From the human T2T-CHM13v2.0 reference genome, Homo sapiens, in assembly GCF_009914755.1 (NCBI RefSeq), contig NC_060939.1: 64,000 nt of DNA, one strand, 5' to 3'. Below, piece after piece: positions 1-15,754 of this stretch (position 1 is its first letter; every line of letters starts with the position of its first letter). The position numbers and the translations under genes were made by a program. A model generated the notes under the pieces. The model was given only the letters and a program-made list of their open reading frames with translations, did not search any database and had not been told where the DNA came from.

Positions 1-235
1 ACTGGCCAGATCAGAAAGAGAGCAGGTCAGGACTCCCGCACCGACCGGTAGTGGGACTGTGCCTGGGCAATATAGCAAGATCTTGGTTCTTAAAAGGAAA
101 AATAAAGAACAGCAGCTCATTCCCCTCTGGGGAGAGGCTGGCTCAGGGTTACACAGTCAGGGTGGGGACAGAGGTAGGCCCACAGTACCTCCCTTGTTGG
201 GTTGTCTGAGGACCCCTCTGGCCACCTCCCTACAG

Positions 236-1718
236 GAGATGGAGGACAACATCTGGACAGTGAGGAGGAGGAGGCGCCTCGGCCCACGCCAAACATCCCA
301 GAGGACCTGGAGAGCCGGGAGGCCACGGTGAGCCTGACTTTCCCTGCCCCACTTTGCCACCTTCCTCTGTGGTCCCTCCCAGAGCCCCTTATGCTCTTGG
401 TTTTCCCGCCTTCTGATTGCTCTGGCCTCTCACCCCTTCCAGGAGCCAGTGATCAGACACCATTTCACCTGTGACCAACAGGTGCACTCTCTGAGGCCCC
501 AAGGGAAGGGGTTGTTCTCCACCTCCCTGCCTCATTTGTTCTGTGTATGCCCCTACAAGAATACTCACCTCTTGCCTTCAAGTGGCATTTTTCAACTCTG
601 CTGGAGCCAGTTCCCAGGAGGAGCAGGCACGGCTATGTGGGCAGTGGAAGGTGCGAAGGCTGTGCCACCTGCACCTGGCTCATCTGGTGGCCTTGGCCTG
701 GAAGGAGCCAGAGGCAGAGGCCCCAGCCCCAGGGACTGGGGGTGACTTTGTGTGTGGGGAGAGCTACCAGGCCCTCAAGGAGGCTATGGAGAAGGTGAAG
801 GTGAGTGAGTCCTGGCAAGGGCCAAGAAAAGTAGGGGCAGGGCAGGACAGGTCACTCCCGAGATGTGACCCCATTATTTTGGCTCCAGAGCGGCTTTATG
901 GACCTCCCGAAGGAGAAGGTGGGCAGGAAGGAGCAGGTGGAAAAACTAGAGCTTGGATTCATCCAGCTCTCTGGAGCGACAGACGGCATGAGTGAGCGGG
1001 AGGCCAGGGCACGGCAGGGGGAGCTGCAGGGCTGTCGGAGGGACCCCAGCGTCTGAGCCGTGTCCTCTCACAGGAGAGTACATCACTGAATATGAGAGCC
1101 AGGGGGCAGTGCCAAACACGCGGCACCAGGAGAAGGAAGACATCATCAGGCTGGCCCAGAAGGAGGAGGAGATGAAGGTAGGGCGTGCAACATCTCTGCA
1201 GGGGTAGGGGTGGGCGTGGGCACTGGAGCCGGCTCCGGTGTGGCGGCTGAGCACCCCTCCCTTCAGGTGAAGCTGCTGGAGCTGCAGGAGCTGGTGTTGC
1301 CCCTTGTGGGCGACCACGAGGGGCATGGCAAATTCCTCACCGCTGCCCAGAACCCTGCCGATGAGCCCGCTCCAGGGGCCCCAGCCCCCCAGGAACTTGG
1401 GGCTGCCGATGAGCAGGGTGGTGAGTAGAGCCCTCAGGCGGGGTGGGCAGGCAGGAGCAGGGGAGGCTGGCGCTGCCCTCAGACCCCCGCCTCCCTCTCT
1501 CTGAAGATTTTTATGAAGTGAGCCTGGACGATAGCGAGGAGCCTGCACCGGGAGCGGCCGGGGAGGGTTCTCCCCATGACAACCCCACTGCACAGCAGAT
1601 CGTGCAGCTGCCTCCTGTAATGCAGGACACCCAGGAGCACCCAGGCTTGCCCGGCAACCCCTGTGTGTCATTCTTTTACCAGGCAGCCGAGAACAGGGAG
1701 ATAAACATCATCATCTAA
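236..1718 (+). pseudogene. 3' part of a GOLGA6-family golgin gene/pseudogene copy (5' part lies outside the window); exons 236-327, 889-991, 1074-1177, 1267-1420, 1507-1718
   Basis: Five GT-AG exons splice in phase (1-0-1-0-1) without stops: [31 protein letters not shown]|SGFMDLPKEK...TDGM|[19 protein letters not shown]...EEEMK|[15 protein letters not shown]...EQG|DFYEVSLDD...ENREINIII*. Matches recalled GOLGA6A-D C-terminal sequence. Coding status cannot be judged without the 5' exons. Confidence 0.9.
582..800 (+). pseudogene. GOLGA2-derived exon with inactivated acceptor (skipped exon)
   Basis: Open frame VAFFNSAGASSQEEQARLCGQ...ALKEAMEKVK, 219 nt, intact donor AAG|GTGAGT; acceptor reads CTTCAA|GTG rather than CAG|GTG. 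Confidence 0.75.
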
Positions 1719-4700
1719 GAGCTGGTCAAGAAATTAAAAAAAAAAAAAACAAAAAGTTATGGGGTTCATCTCCTACACAATTCATTTACTCCATTTGAAT
1801 GTTAGAGCCACTCATGTTTATTTGTGTTTCTAATTTACAGTTTAAATTTATTTGTAAAAAGTTAAGGGAGAGTGGGTCTTTCCCTGATGTTCACTCTGGC
1901 ATCCTTTAGCATTTTTGTTTTTAATTTGATAATTGTAGGTCATTAGCACGCATATCGAGTTTGCCCTTATGTGGTGGGAGTTCAAACACACAAAGACCTA
2001 CTATTTGCGCAAAACTATTCTTGCTGGTTTGGAACAGGCTGCCATGCTTTTTTAATGTTATTGCAGCACGTATATTCATTACAGAATTCAGATAAAATGT
2101 GCTTATGTTCTGCTATTATGTTTGATCGAATCCTAACCACAGTGAGCTCTTCATTAGCTCAATATGTGGTTTGCCCTCAAGTGCGCACCGTTTATTACTT
2201 TGTAATATGCCACTGTGAGTACTGACATTTAGAGTTGTTTAAAGGCCGAGAACTGGAAACAGCATTTCCCCTATTTTCTGTGTATTGGGGATGAGAGTAA
2301 TAACATTTTGGGGAGCTTTTAAAATCTCACAGAAGAGGAAAGTGGCCTGCTCTGGCAGGTGTGTGCAGGATACAGTGTGTTTCATTTGTTCTGGTGCCAA
2401 GAATGAGCGCTGTACTGTGGTGGCTTCCTTAGGATTTGTGTGTGCTCTGGGCTCATGAAGATATTGTATCATGAGCTGCAGCAGTTGTACCCTTTCTCGA
2501 TAACCTAAAAAGGGATTATTTCTGAGGAATGAAAGGCTCCCATCATTGACTGTGGATGTGGAAAACCTTTTCTAGCTTAGAGCATTTATATCTACAATAC
2601 ATTTTAAAGTCAGAGTTCATGTTACCTGTTTTAATCACATGAGTATATGTCCCAGTACACCAAAAGGCACTGCTTGGCATTCTTCTTAATGTATTTAGTG
2701 AGGATCATAAGAAATCCTTTAAGAGTTTAAATGTCCCTGGAACAGGCATACAGGCTCTAGTCAAGAATGAATTCGAGTGAAGGAAAGCTGTGTGACACTT
2801 GGCCTTCCTCTATGTTCATGGAGCTTCTTTGAGGCTAGAAGATTGATTTTATCATCTAGACCTCTCTGGCTAATACCTATTCTTCAGCCACGTTGGTTTC
2901 TCTGACATAGGAATTTACTTCTTTCCCTTGACTGGAAAACACTTTAAAAATAATAAAAACCATTATTATAAACCAATATATGTGAGAGTACTTAGTTGAA
3001 ACAAAAAGGAGTTTTAGTAGACAGTATTATACTACACATGAAAATCAAGGTGAAGTTTATGCAACTTAAAATGTTTACAAGCTGCCGTGCAATCTAATGT
3101 TTGTGAATGTCCAAGTATTATGAGGAAAAGTGTCTATACAATTATAGAGTTATATTTCCTCACAGGGTTCTTTACAAAGAGTGAAATATGTTTTTATACC
3201 TCTCGGTTTCAGTTAGAGGCATATTTTGTGCCATATTTATGTTAATGTGCCTATACATGATGAATGAATTATTTCAGTCATACATTGCCTAAATCATAAC
3301 TTTAAGATGCTTGGGAAAGAATCAACAGCTAAAATTTCATGAAGTTCTAAAGTCTGTGTTCCAAAATACGTCACATTATTAGGATGCAGGGAGAGATGCA
3401 TGTGTGCTCCCTGGGGTGGGCATTTCTAGTGATTAGACCATCTCCATTTTTAGCATTTGGCATCTTCATTGATACTTTTATACATACGACATTAATAGGA
3501 GAGCAATAATAAGATTTTACAGATGAAATAACAGATTTGCCTGCAGTCACTGAAAGAGTGCAAATATTGGGTTATTGTGACTTCAACTGACTCTTCCAAA
3601 TTGTTTGAATTTATCAATGTATTAGATAAACCCAGTTTCAGAATGATAAGGAAAAACTGTTAGACCAAATAATGTGGCTAATTAACAGTGGTACAATTTC
3701 TAGCCTGAGGGTTTAAAATGGACTTAAGGTCCTGTTCTTGCCTCCTATTTTGTGAACTTGCCGCTTTTGCATTATTTGAGTTCACTTGAAAGACAGTTAC
3801 TTTAAGTCCATTTTAAACCCTCGGGCTAGAAATCATACTACTGTTAATTAGCCAACTTATTTGGTCTAACAGTTTTTCTTTATAATTCTGAAACTGGGTT
3901 TACCTAATACATTTATAAATTATTTCAAAGGTATTTTTATAGTTCAGATCACTTCACTTTTACCCTGATAAATATAAATGACTAGGAATGACCTTCAGAT
4001 AGCCTTTAGCACCTGTAACCAATCTGACAATAATGTGTTCATCAGGTACCTATGGATTAAATCACACACTGGCATATTTAAGCTGAATGTCAGTCTGGAA
4101 AATGAATGTACTATATTAACTGAAATACCACTCTTTGTGTAGGTATTCTGTCATATATTTAAGAAAAATTAAATAGCATGTAAATCGTATGACAATAACC
4201 TAAGTCTTTCTTCAAAGTGCATGCGTTCCTTTGCAATACCTCATTCAGCCAAGTATTTGTTCTCTTCCTCATTCAGTATAAGGCAGCTTTCAATTTGCTT
4301 AGAAGGCAATATTGGAAGGTTAGAGTTTATCAGAAACATAGAATTTTAAAGTGTGAGTTCAACTGAATAAATTAGAATTTCTGTAGAAGTGAAGAATTAA
4401 AATACCTATTTAAATATTGCAATATATAATAATTTTTAAAGTATTTGATTAAACCTGATAGGTTTTTCCAGAAATGAAAAAAAATCAGTTCTAAAACCAA
4501 AGCTGATATTTAGAAAATCTGAAAATGTAAATCAGCCCTATCCATAATATAGTTTCTCTAAAACTTTATCTTAAAGAGTCGTTTTAAAAGAATATAACTA
4601 TTTAAAAATGTAACTGCTATCTTAATGTTTTGAAATAAGTTAAAACATTTTAAAATATGAATACTGTAGTTTAAAAGAAACCGGGGGAAGGAAAAGTAGA

Positions 4701-5225
4701 GAAAGAAATTCCAATTCCAATGCAAAGCTTTATTTGCCAAGTTTTCTTAGAATGACTTTTACCAATTTATGAATTCTTGTAAACAGAATGTATAATGGAA
4801 ATACTGAAACACTGTTGCCTAAAGTGGCATAATTGACTGCTACTGTGATGCTACTGTAATGTAATAAATTATTAAATTGTTGCAAAGTGCTGTTTTTGCC
4901 TTAAAATTTTGTGTGTCTTGAAAACTATGGTGTTAAAAGTATTGAAACTGTGCAAATGCTGGGCACGCTTGGCATGAGATAATCGGTTTTTATTTTTACA
5001 AAATTGTAACTATGCAAGTGTGTTTATTTAAAGAACACAAACCAAAGTTATGGGATAAAAAATGTTGTGGAATGAAAAAGTTACGGGACAAAAAATGTTG
5101 TGGAAAATTTGTGGCAAAAAAAAGTTGTGCAAAAAGGTAGAATAAAGTTTTATGAAAAGTTTTAAAAAAGTATTATGAAAAAGAAGTTATAGGATTAAAA
5201 AATAAGTCATGGGATAAAAATAAAA
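1719..5225 (+). other. AT-rich GOLGA6/8-type 3'UTR (chr15 core-duplicon UTR, reported as ITSN2-3'UTR-derived)
   Basis: Follows stop codon; AATAAA at 4863-4868, 5141-5146 and 5219-5224; ITSN2 origin is recalled literature, not verified here. Confidence 0.7.
5041..5225. repeat. Degenerate A-rich tandem repeat (AAAAGTTRTGG-like units)
   Basis: Repeated aaagttatggg / aaatgttgtgg / aaagttgtgc units separated by A runs. Confidence 0.75.
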
Positions 5226-6256
5226 GCGGGCCCTTGTCAGCATAAGCCTGGAGAGGTGGGGCTGGAGTCTCTGCCCCCACCATGTCCCTACCACCCCTTC
5301 CCAGTCACCCATTTACCATTAGGGTAGCAAGACAACACCCCTGTCTAATGGGGGGCAGACAAACAGACCCTTTGCCACCTGACCAGGGCTGAGTCCTTAC
5401 ATTTCTGGATGGCAATGTTTGTTACTTAAGAGCTAGAGGCTGGTGGAGTTGGTTTGTTTGGAGGAGGCCTGATGATCTCCCTACTCTCACCAAAGCAACT
5501 TTTCCCTCAGGGCGGCTCCCATCTTCTTATTCAGAGAGGCAGCTGAGGCGGGACAGTGGGGCTAACTGTAGAGCAGGCAAGGGCTCAGGCTGCTGGGGTG
5601 GACCCCCTTCCACAGTGTACATATAATGTCTGTGTAACATTTTGTATATGCTTGGGGGTAGGGTCACCCCCTGTATCATACCTAGCGGAGGTTGGAGCTG
5701 GCATATGGGGAGGAGGTTCTAATCATTATTTGGGGCTGGGAAACTTACTTATTGATAGCATAGGACAGAGGAAGGAGGCGGGGATGGGGTCCTGGCTGCC
5801 TTGGTGATGTGACTCCTGCCTGGCCTGTGAGGTGTGTTGTGGGATGACCATGTGTATGGGACTGTCAAGATTTTATCCTAGATCACTACTGGATTGCCAA
5901 CAGATAGAGGAGGTGGGACCCTGACTATCACCCCTGCTCTGCAGTGGATTTGGCTCTCGGCACTCCCAGACTGGGAGCTGGATACCCTGACCTGGCAGCA
6001 TGACTCAGACTGCACGACAGATACGGCGTGCCCAGGATGACGTTCCTAGGCCTCTGGCAGACTCAGATTCCAGCCCCACACACAATGCCCTCCAAGTTCC
6101 AGCCCCTACACCATGAACCACGAGCTCTCTGCCCTCTCTGACAGCTCCAGAGAGCACCCACGTCTGCCACCTTGGGCATGGAGCCTGTTCCAAGATCCCA
6201 CAGGCTCAGCCATGGAGGCTGGGGCGCTTTGGGGCCATGGGGGCCAGCCCTGGTAC

Positions 6257-7421
<1,165 letters not shown>

Positions 7422-7899
7422 CTGCCATGGAGAACACAAAGGCATCACGGTGGCCAGGACATGCAGCCAGGCTCCAGGATCTCAGCCCTTCCAAGGGTAC
7501 CTGGAACATTGAGGCACAGGGAGAAGCAACTGGCCAGAACACACACCCAGATCCCCACATGCTCTAGAGGGTTTCAGGTCTCTGCCTCTCAGGACCCCAG
7601 ATGCCCCTGATCAAGCCTCATCTTAGTTCTGACTCTAGTACCCAGAATTTGCCTCCATTTCCCAATCCAGAAATTGGAAAAGAACATCTCCAGGTCCCTC
7701 GCTTGAAGACATGGCCAGAGCTGGTGCCAGGCTACAGATGCCTGGCAGGAGGAGAGAAGGGCATACTCACTTTCCCCTTGTCCTGGGAGGCCCACACACC
7801 AACATTGCCACCACCGCTGCCACCTGGGAGCACAGCCAAAGTAGACACACACAGGAAAAGGGGAAGGGTTGAGTGAAGCTGGGACACTGCACCCCAAAT

Positions 7900-9318
<1,419 letters not shown>

Positions 9319-9494
9319 AGGGAGAAGACACCCACCCTCACTCTGCTGCAACAGCACTCTTCTCAGGGATGGGGCAGTGGAGTGCTGTTGTTACACAAGG
9401 GGCTCTCTGTCGGGGAGGGAACAGAAGTCTGTTCTGTAGTGTTTGCCATTTTCGGTGGTGCAAATATTCCATGGCTGATTTCAAGCTGCCACCA

Positions 9495-11558
9495 TCTTCT
9501 CAGCCTGGGCTTGTTTGTCCCACCCTTGAGAAGGCTTTCCAGGTATTTGAAAGGATGCGGGTGTTGTGATCTAAACTGTATCTTTATTAGGGGACACTCC
9601 AAGCCCAGTTATGCTATGGTTCTTGCAGACTCATAGAGGAACTACCTTGGTGGTCCCGGATAAGATCTGGAAGAATTTTCTGAGCTACCAGGCATTAGAG
9701 ACTCTTATTCTCTACCTGTAATTTCTTTCTAAAAAACAGTCTCTGACTCTGTCTCTCTGTCTCTGTCTCTCTCTCTGCGGCCCCCCCCCCATCTCTCTCT
9801 CTCTTTCTCTCTCTCTCTCTGCTGAGCCACTTGGAGCTGGGGGTGAGCTGACACAAAATCCCTATGGCCACCACCACTGGGACTGCACTGGGTCAGACCT
9901 AAAGCCAGCAAAGCACTGGGTCTCACTCAGGGCCCACTGTCAACACTACCTGGCTATTGCCTATGTTCACTCGAGGCCCTGGGGCTCTACTGTCAGCAGG
10001 TGTCAAAGCCAGCCAGGCTTGTGTCTTTCCCTTCAGGGCAACAAGTTCCCTTAGGCCCTAGCATGTCCAGAGATGCTGTCTGGGAGCCAGGGACTGCAGC
10101 CAAAAACCTTAGAAATTTACCTGGTGCTTTATTCTAAGGCGGCTGAGCAGACACCGAAACCATGAGACAAAGTCCTTCCCACTCTGTCTTTCCCCTTCCA
10201 CAGGCAGAGGAGCCTCACCCTGTGGCCACCACCACAGGCGCACACGGAGTGCTGCCAGGCTACTGTCGATGTTCTCTTAGGGCCCAAGGGCTCTGAAGGC
10301 ACTTGTGGTGAATGCTTCCAGGCCTGGGACTCACCCTTCAGGGCAGTGGGCTCCCCTCTGGCCTAGGACGGGCCCAGAAATGCTGTCTAATAGCCAAGGC
10401 CTAAAATCAGTGACCACAAGAGCCCATTTGGTGCTCTACCCCATTGTGGCCAGGCAGGTACGTAAGCTGCAAAACAAAGTCCCTTTTACCTTTCCCTCTG
10501 CTTTTCTCAAGCAGAAGAAGTCTCTCACCACAGCCACCATAGCTGGGAATGTGCTGGGTCTCACCTGAAGCCAGCACGTCGCAGAGCCTTACTCCAGGCC
10601 CATAGCACACTGCCTGGGTATCACTGTTGTTGGCTATTCAGGGCCCAAGGTTCTTGAGTCAGCAGGTGATGAATCCTGCCAGGATTGGGTTGTTTCCTTT
10701 AGGGCAGAAGATTCCCTTCTAGCCCAGGGTGTATCTAGAAAGGTAATTCAGGAGCTAGGTCCTGGAATGGGGGCCTCTCAATTCTGACTGGTGCTCTGTC
10801 CTACTGTGGCTGAGTTGCTATCCAAGATGTAAGACAAAGTCCTCTTTGCTTTTCCCCCTTCTCTCCTCGAGCAAAAGGAAGAAGTCACTTTAGTTGTTGC
10901 AAGCTGCGTTGCCTGGGGTTGGGGGAGCGGTGGTGCAAACACTCCCTTGGCTGTCCTGGCTGGTGTCTCTCTAGGTCGTGTGCCCCCTGAGTCCACTGGC
11001 TCTGAGCCCAGCATGGCATTAGGATGTGCCTAGGAGTTGAAGTCCTGATGGACTAGACTGCCTTTCAAGTTTATTTAGGGCCCCAGGGCATAACAGCCTG
11101 CCATGCCAAGGCTTGTCAAAACCCAAGCCTCAAGCCTTCTAACTACTGGGATGGGTGAACCCCTCTGGGTAGGGCTGGTCTAAATGCTTCGTCCATGGGC
11201 AGGTGTCACGTGAGTTCCACCTGGTTTTGCTTTCTGCTGTGACAGGACAGCAATGAGTTCAAGGCAAAGTCCCACAGTTGCTGTATTCTCCCTCCCCCAG
11301 GTGCACAGATTCTCAGCACCACAGTGACCACTGCTGGGGGAGGGGGAGGGGTGATATTGGTGTTTCAAGGCTGTCTCTCCCACCCTCTTCAATGCCTCTT
11401 TCAGCAACATGAAGTTAAACCCAGGTACTGTGAGTCCTCGCCTGATTTTTGGTTCTTATGATGATGGTTTTCTGGTGAAGACAGTCGTTAAATTTGATTT
11501 TCCTGCAGGGGGAATGATTGGTAGAGACTATTATTCAGCCATCTTGCTCTGCCCCTCC
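9495..11558 (-). mobile_element. Old L1 5'UTR (L1M/L1PB-type) with internal (CT)n
   Basis: Minus strand begins GGAGGGGCAGAGCAAGATGGCTGAATA (L1 5' end with YY1 motif); internally repetitive GC-rich L1 UTR sequence. Confidence 0.8.
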
Positions 11559-11564
11559 TCCCTC

Positions 11565-11670
11565 ACTTCACTTTAATTACCTCCTAATAGCCCTATTTTT
11601 AAATACAATCATATAGTGGGTTAGGGCTCCAGTGTATGAATTTTGAGGAGACACAATTCAGTCTATAGCA
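11565..11670. mobile_element. MaLR LTR fragment (MLT1/MST)
   Basis: ...atgaattttgaggagacacaattcagtctatagca terminus. Confidence 0.65.
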
Positions 11671-12449
11671 TTTGGACTTGGGAAGAGGGAGGAAAAGAAC
11701 ACGCACAGGAAAGTCACAGTGTAAGCAACAGTATGGAGGTGGGGAAGTTCAGCTCATGGATAGGAAAAATTGATCCAATTAGGCAGGGCCCACAGGGAGA
11801 TATGGTGCGGTGGTGAGAGGTGGCCACATCAGAAAGAACCTTGAATGCCAGGCTGAGATGGGAGGCATTTCCTGTTGTGTAGAAGGTACCATGAGGTGAT
11901 GGGTAGGGTAACATGATGAAAGGACATTTGGGAGGATGGATCTGGCATCAGTGATGGGTAGGGGTGAGGAGTGAACAAATCTGGAGGCCAGGAAACTGGA
12001 CACATGGCCCAGAGTTCAGGCCCAGAGTTAGGCTGTTCAAAGGCAGTTTCCACACTGAGTTCCCATGTGGATCCAAGCATGCAGGGGGAGATGATTTGGA
12101 AAAGCAAAAGCATTCTCTTCCCATTACCACACAGTTTCCCAGCTGAGCTCATCACCAGAGTCCTACAAATCAGACAGTCAAACTACCCCAAACTCTGTCC
12201 CTAGAAGCTGTGACCCAGAGGGAGCCCTTGTCCAGCTGTAGCCCAGGGACACCGCAGCCTGAGCAGGACTGCACCTGTTCCCCCCCAGGAGCCTCATCTC
12301 TGTCTGGCCTGGCTTTGGCTTCCAATGCCCTCAGCTTTGGCTTCAGAATCTGTTGGGTCAGATTCATGAGAGCTCTGGCCTTCTTCGGTTTAGGGATTTT
12401 TAAATAGTTTTTTCAAGCAGGCAGTAGATGAGCTCTGCTTGCTTACCTC

Positions 12450-13000
12450 TAAGAATTGGCTAGAACTCACAGAAGGCTGTTATACTCATAGTTACAGCTT
12501 GATTACATGGAAAGGATACAGATTAAAATCAGGGAAGAAAGGTATAGGGCTGAGTCCAGGAGGGCACCAGGCATGGAGTGTCCATTATCCCTTCCCCATG
12601 CAATCAGAGTGCATTACCCTCCCGGCTTTGCTATGTGCCAATACACATGAAGTATTCCCAGCCAATGAGGCTCCCTCAAGCCTCAGTGTTCTGGGTTTTT
12701 ACTGGAACTTCATCACAGAGGCATGCTTGATTGTCCATGTGGCTGCGCTCAGTTTCCAGTCTCCAGTACTTCCAGGAGTGACCTAAAGCCCAGACTCTAA
12801 ATCACATAGTTGCTTTTTTGCCCTGGCTAGTCCCTACCCTAAATCTTATTATTAGGCTGTCCATCATGAGCCAAGATCCCCAGGCAAAGATATTCCTATC
12901 AGGTATTACATGTTGACAGTTACCTCCCAGGAGTCTAGGACAAAGGCCAGATCTCTTTTTGGTCAAGGTTAATTTTTTTTCCTTATTTTTTTAAACTATA
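12450..13000. mobile_element. ERV LTR, MER21-like
   Basis: gctagaactcacagaaggctgttatactcatagttacagc...aaaggatacagattaaaatcag resembles the MER21 family. Confidence 0.55.
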
Positions 13001-13204
13001 CGACATGCCATCATTCTATTATTCAATCTTTCTATTTTATCTTCAAAATAACCCTAATTGGTGGGTAAGGATGTTTATTATTATAAACGAGATCTCGAAA
13101 GAAAAGACACTTGGGCAAAGTTGCACAGTCTATCTTTGACTCATGGTGCAATACTCTTTCCACTCTCTGAGAACACTGAGTCCTGTGAAGAAGGTGAAAG
13201 GAAG

Positions 13205-13352
13205 GTGTGTGCGTGTGTGTGCACGTCTGTGTTGGTGTGTGTAAATGTATATCTAATAAGTGTGTATAGATATGTGTATGTCTCTGTATTTGTGTTTGTG
13301 TATACATGTGGATGTCTGGGTGTCTATATGCATGTTTGTGTGTGTGTACACA
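13205..13352. repeat. Degenerate (TG)/(TA) microsatellite
   Basis: Alternating TG/TA run. Confidence 0.8.
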
Positions 13353-13381
13353 TGCTCATGGGGAAGGTTAAAGAGAAAATT

Positions 13382-13765
13382 GGCCCGGTGCGGTGGCTCA
13401 TGCCTGTAATCCCAGCACTTTGGAAGGCTAAGGCGAGCAGATTGCCTGAAGTCAGGAGTTCGAGACCATTCTGGCCAACATGGTGAAACTCCATCTCTAC
13501 TAAAAATGCAAAAAAATTATCTGGACGTGGTGGCATGCACCTGTAAACCCAGCTACTCAGGATTGCTTGAACCAGGGAGGTGAAGGTTGCAGTGAGACGA
13601 GATCGCACCACTGTACTCCAGCCTGGGCAACAGAGTGAGATTCCATCTCAAAAAGGAGAGAGAGAGAGTCAGCAGTGTGCAGTGATGCACATCTGTAATG
13701 CCAGCTACACAGGAGGTAGACGGAGGAGGATCACTTGAGCCCGGGAGTTTGAGAGAGAGAGAGAA
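13382..13765 (+). mobile_element. AluS + (GA)n + short Alu fragment + (GA)n
   Basis: Alu 13382-13655, fragment ~13672-13750; AGAGAAAATT on both flanks. Confidence 0.85.
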
Positions 13766-14449
13766 AATTTCAATAATCTTGCAGTTAGAAGGAAAAACCT
13801 GGGGCTGAGCACAAAGAGACATAAAGCACAGCATAAAGAGGCAGAGAAATGTCTAATGAAAAGTGACAAAGAATTAATTAGTTCTTATATAAAGAAATAT
13901 AGGACTTTAGCAGCAGGATAAAACTGGAATATAATTTCTTCTAGAATCCTGATAATCTTTGTGAGAAAACTGTTGGTCATATATGTTAATTGCCAAAACT
14001 TGCAGGACCCTATGCAATAGAACTAGCAAATAAAACCATCTTTCTGAAACTCACTATGCTACAAGCAGCATTCAACTCTTTCTCAACCAAGATTTCACTA
14101 ACCTATCTCCAGCTTCCAGATGGTGAGGGAAAGTGTGATGAGATTTTATGATAAATTGTGCCTGTCTCTGAGTCCATCTCCTTCTATTGAAGAGAAGGAA
14201 AATGAGGTGAGCACATTACAGCCCTGCTGACAAAAGTCACAAGATAAGCAAATAATTATTACTTAAAACCAGGGAGTCCTATAATTTATTCATGAATGCC
14301 ACACATTCTATATTAGATCTTCCATTTCAATTTACTTGTATTATTTGAAGCTAATTTATAAGATTCAAATTATTCAGAAAATGCTCCCACGTAAATAGAA
14401 GAAAACACTTTAACCAGAGGAAGTATCATGCTACACAATATGGTGTGGT

Positions 14450-14670
14450 GGTGAAGGGTGCAGGCTCTAAAACCAGAAAACACAGGTTCAAGTCCTGGCC
14501 TTACCACCTTGGGAAAGTTACATGGTCTCTCTGTGCCTCCATTTCCCCATCTAAAATGTGGGGATGACAATAATAGTGTCTATTTCACAGAGCAGTTTTG
14601 AGGAAAATAATATATGTAAAGCACTGTGAACAGCAGTTAGTGCTATGTAAGTGTTTGCTCTAGTTATTTT
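14450..14670 (+). mobile_element. MIR
   Basis: Core ggttcaagtcctggc...ctctgtgcctccatttccccatctaaaatg. Confidence 0.75.
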
Positions 14671-15339
14671 AACATTTCAGATGATAAATATCTACCCTGT
14701 TATTCAGATGACAAGCGTCCCTAAGCTGATAACATGATGAAGAGCTTTTGGGTTTCTTAATTTCCATCAGTTTTGTGAGGGAAAAAATACCACATGAAGA
14801 AGAGCAACTGAAGCAGGCGTGAGGAGGAAACTTGGCTTAAGATTGGGGGGCTTGGGGTTATTAGGCTTTCATCTTCTAAAATGTCCTAAGCTCCATTGAT
14901 AAGAAGACACTTAGTATCAATCCAGCTAAAAAGGAACAATAGACCCCACAAGACACTGAGTTAGAGACAAAAATAGCAGGGTAATAAATGAAATATGGAA
15001 AACTACACAACCAGAAAAATAAACAGCTACCAGTACCCAAAACGTGGTTAAATCTCACAGGATTATATTGAATGAAAGAAGCCAGCCACAAACGTGCACA
15101 TACTGAATGGTCCCATTTATATGAAGCTAAAGAACAGGCGAAACTAATCCATGGTTGCAGAGGTCAGGATCCTGGTTAACTTTGAGGGGACAGCAACTGA
15201 GAAGGGGCAAGAGGGAGCCCTGTGTGCTGATGGGAACATTCTGTATCTTGAACTGAGTGGCGGTCACATAAGTGTGCACATATGTAAATAGTAAGGAGTT
15301 GTAGCTTAAGGTATAGGCACCTCGCTGAATGTAAGATAC

Positions 15340-15754
15340 TGTCTTAGTCCATGTGTGCTGCTGTAACAAAATATTTGAGACTGGGTAATGTGTAAAGAAC
15401 AAAAATGTATTTCTCACAGTTCTGGTGGGTGGGAAGTCCAAGATCAAAGCGCCAGCAGGTTTGTAGTCTAGTGAGGGCTGCTCTCTGCTTCCAAGATGGC
15501 ACCTTAAATGCTGAGACCTCCAGAGGTGAGGAATGCTGTGTCCCAGCATGGTGGAAAGAACAGAAAAGCAAAAGAAGAAAACCGAGCTGGGTAGCTCCCT
15601 CAAGCCCTTTCATAAGGTCACTAATCCCATTCACGAGGGGGCTCCTCCTTACAGCTTAGTCATCTCCTAAAGACTCCACCTCTTAATACTATCACATTGG
15701 GGTTTAAGTTCCAACATGAATTTTGGAGGAGACACAATCATTCCAACCATAGCA
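15340..15754. mobile_element. MaLR solo LTR (MST family)
   Basis: TGTCTTAGTCC...CCATAGCA termini. Confidence 0.85.

Noticed and set aside
946-1671. 241-aa minus-strand ORF
   Set aside because: Antisense shadow of GC-rich GOLGA exons and introns; no independent coding features
13070-13182. Possible terminal exon with minus-strand AATAAA
   Set aside because: Good acceptor but frame ambiguous, and protein-like sequence continues at 12.3 kb
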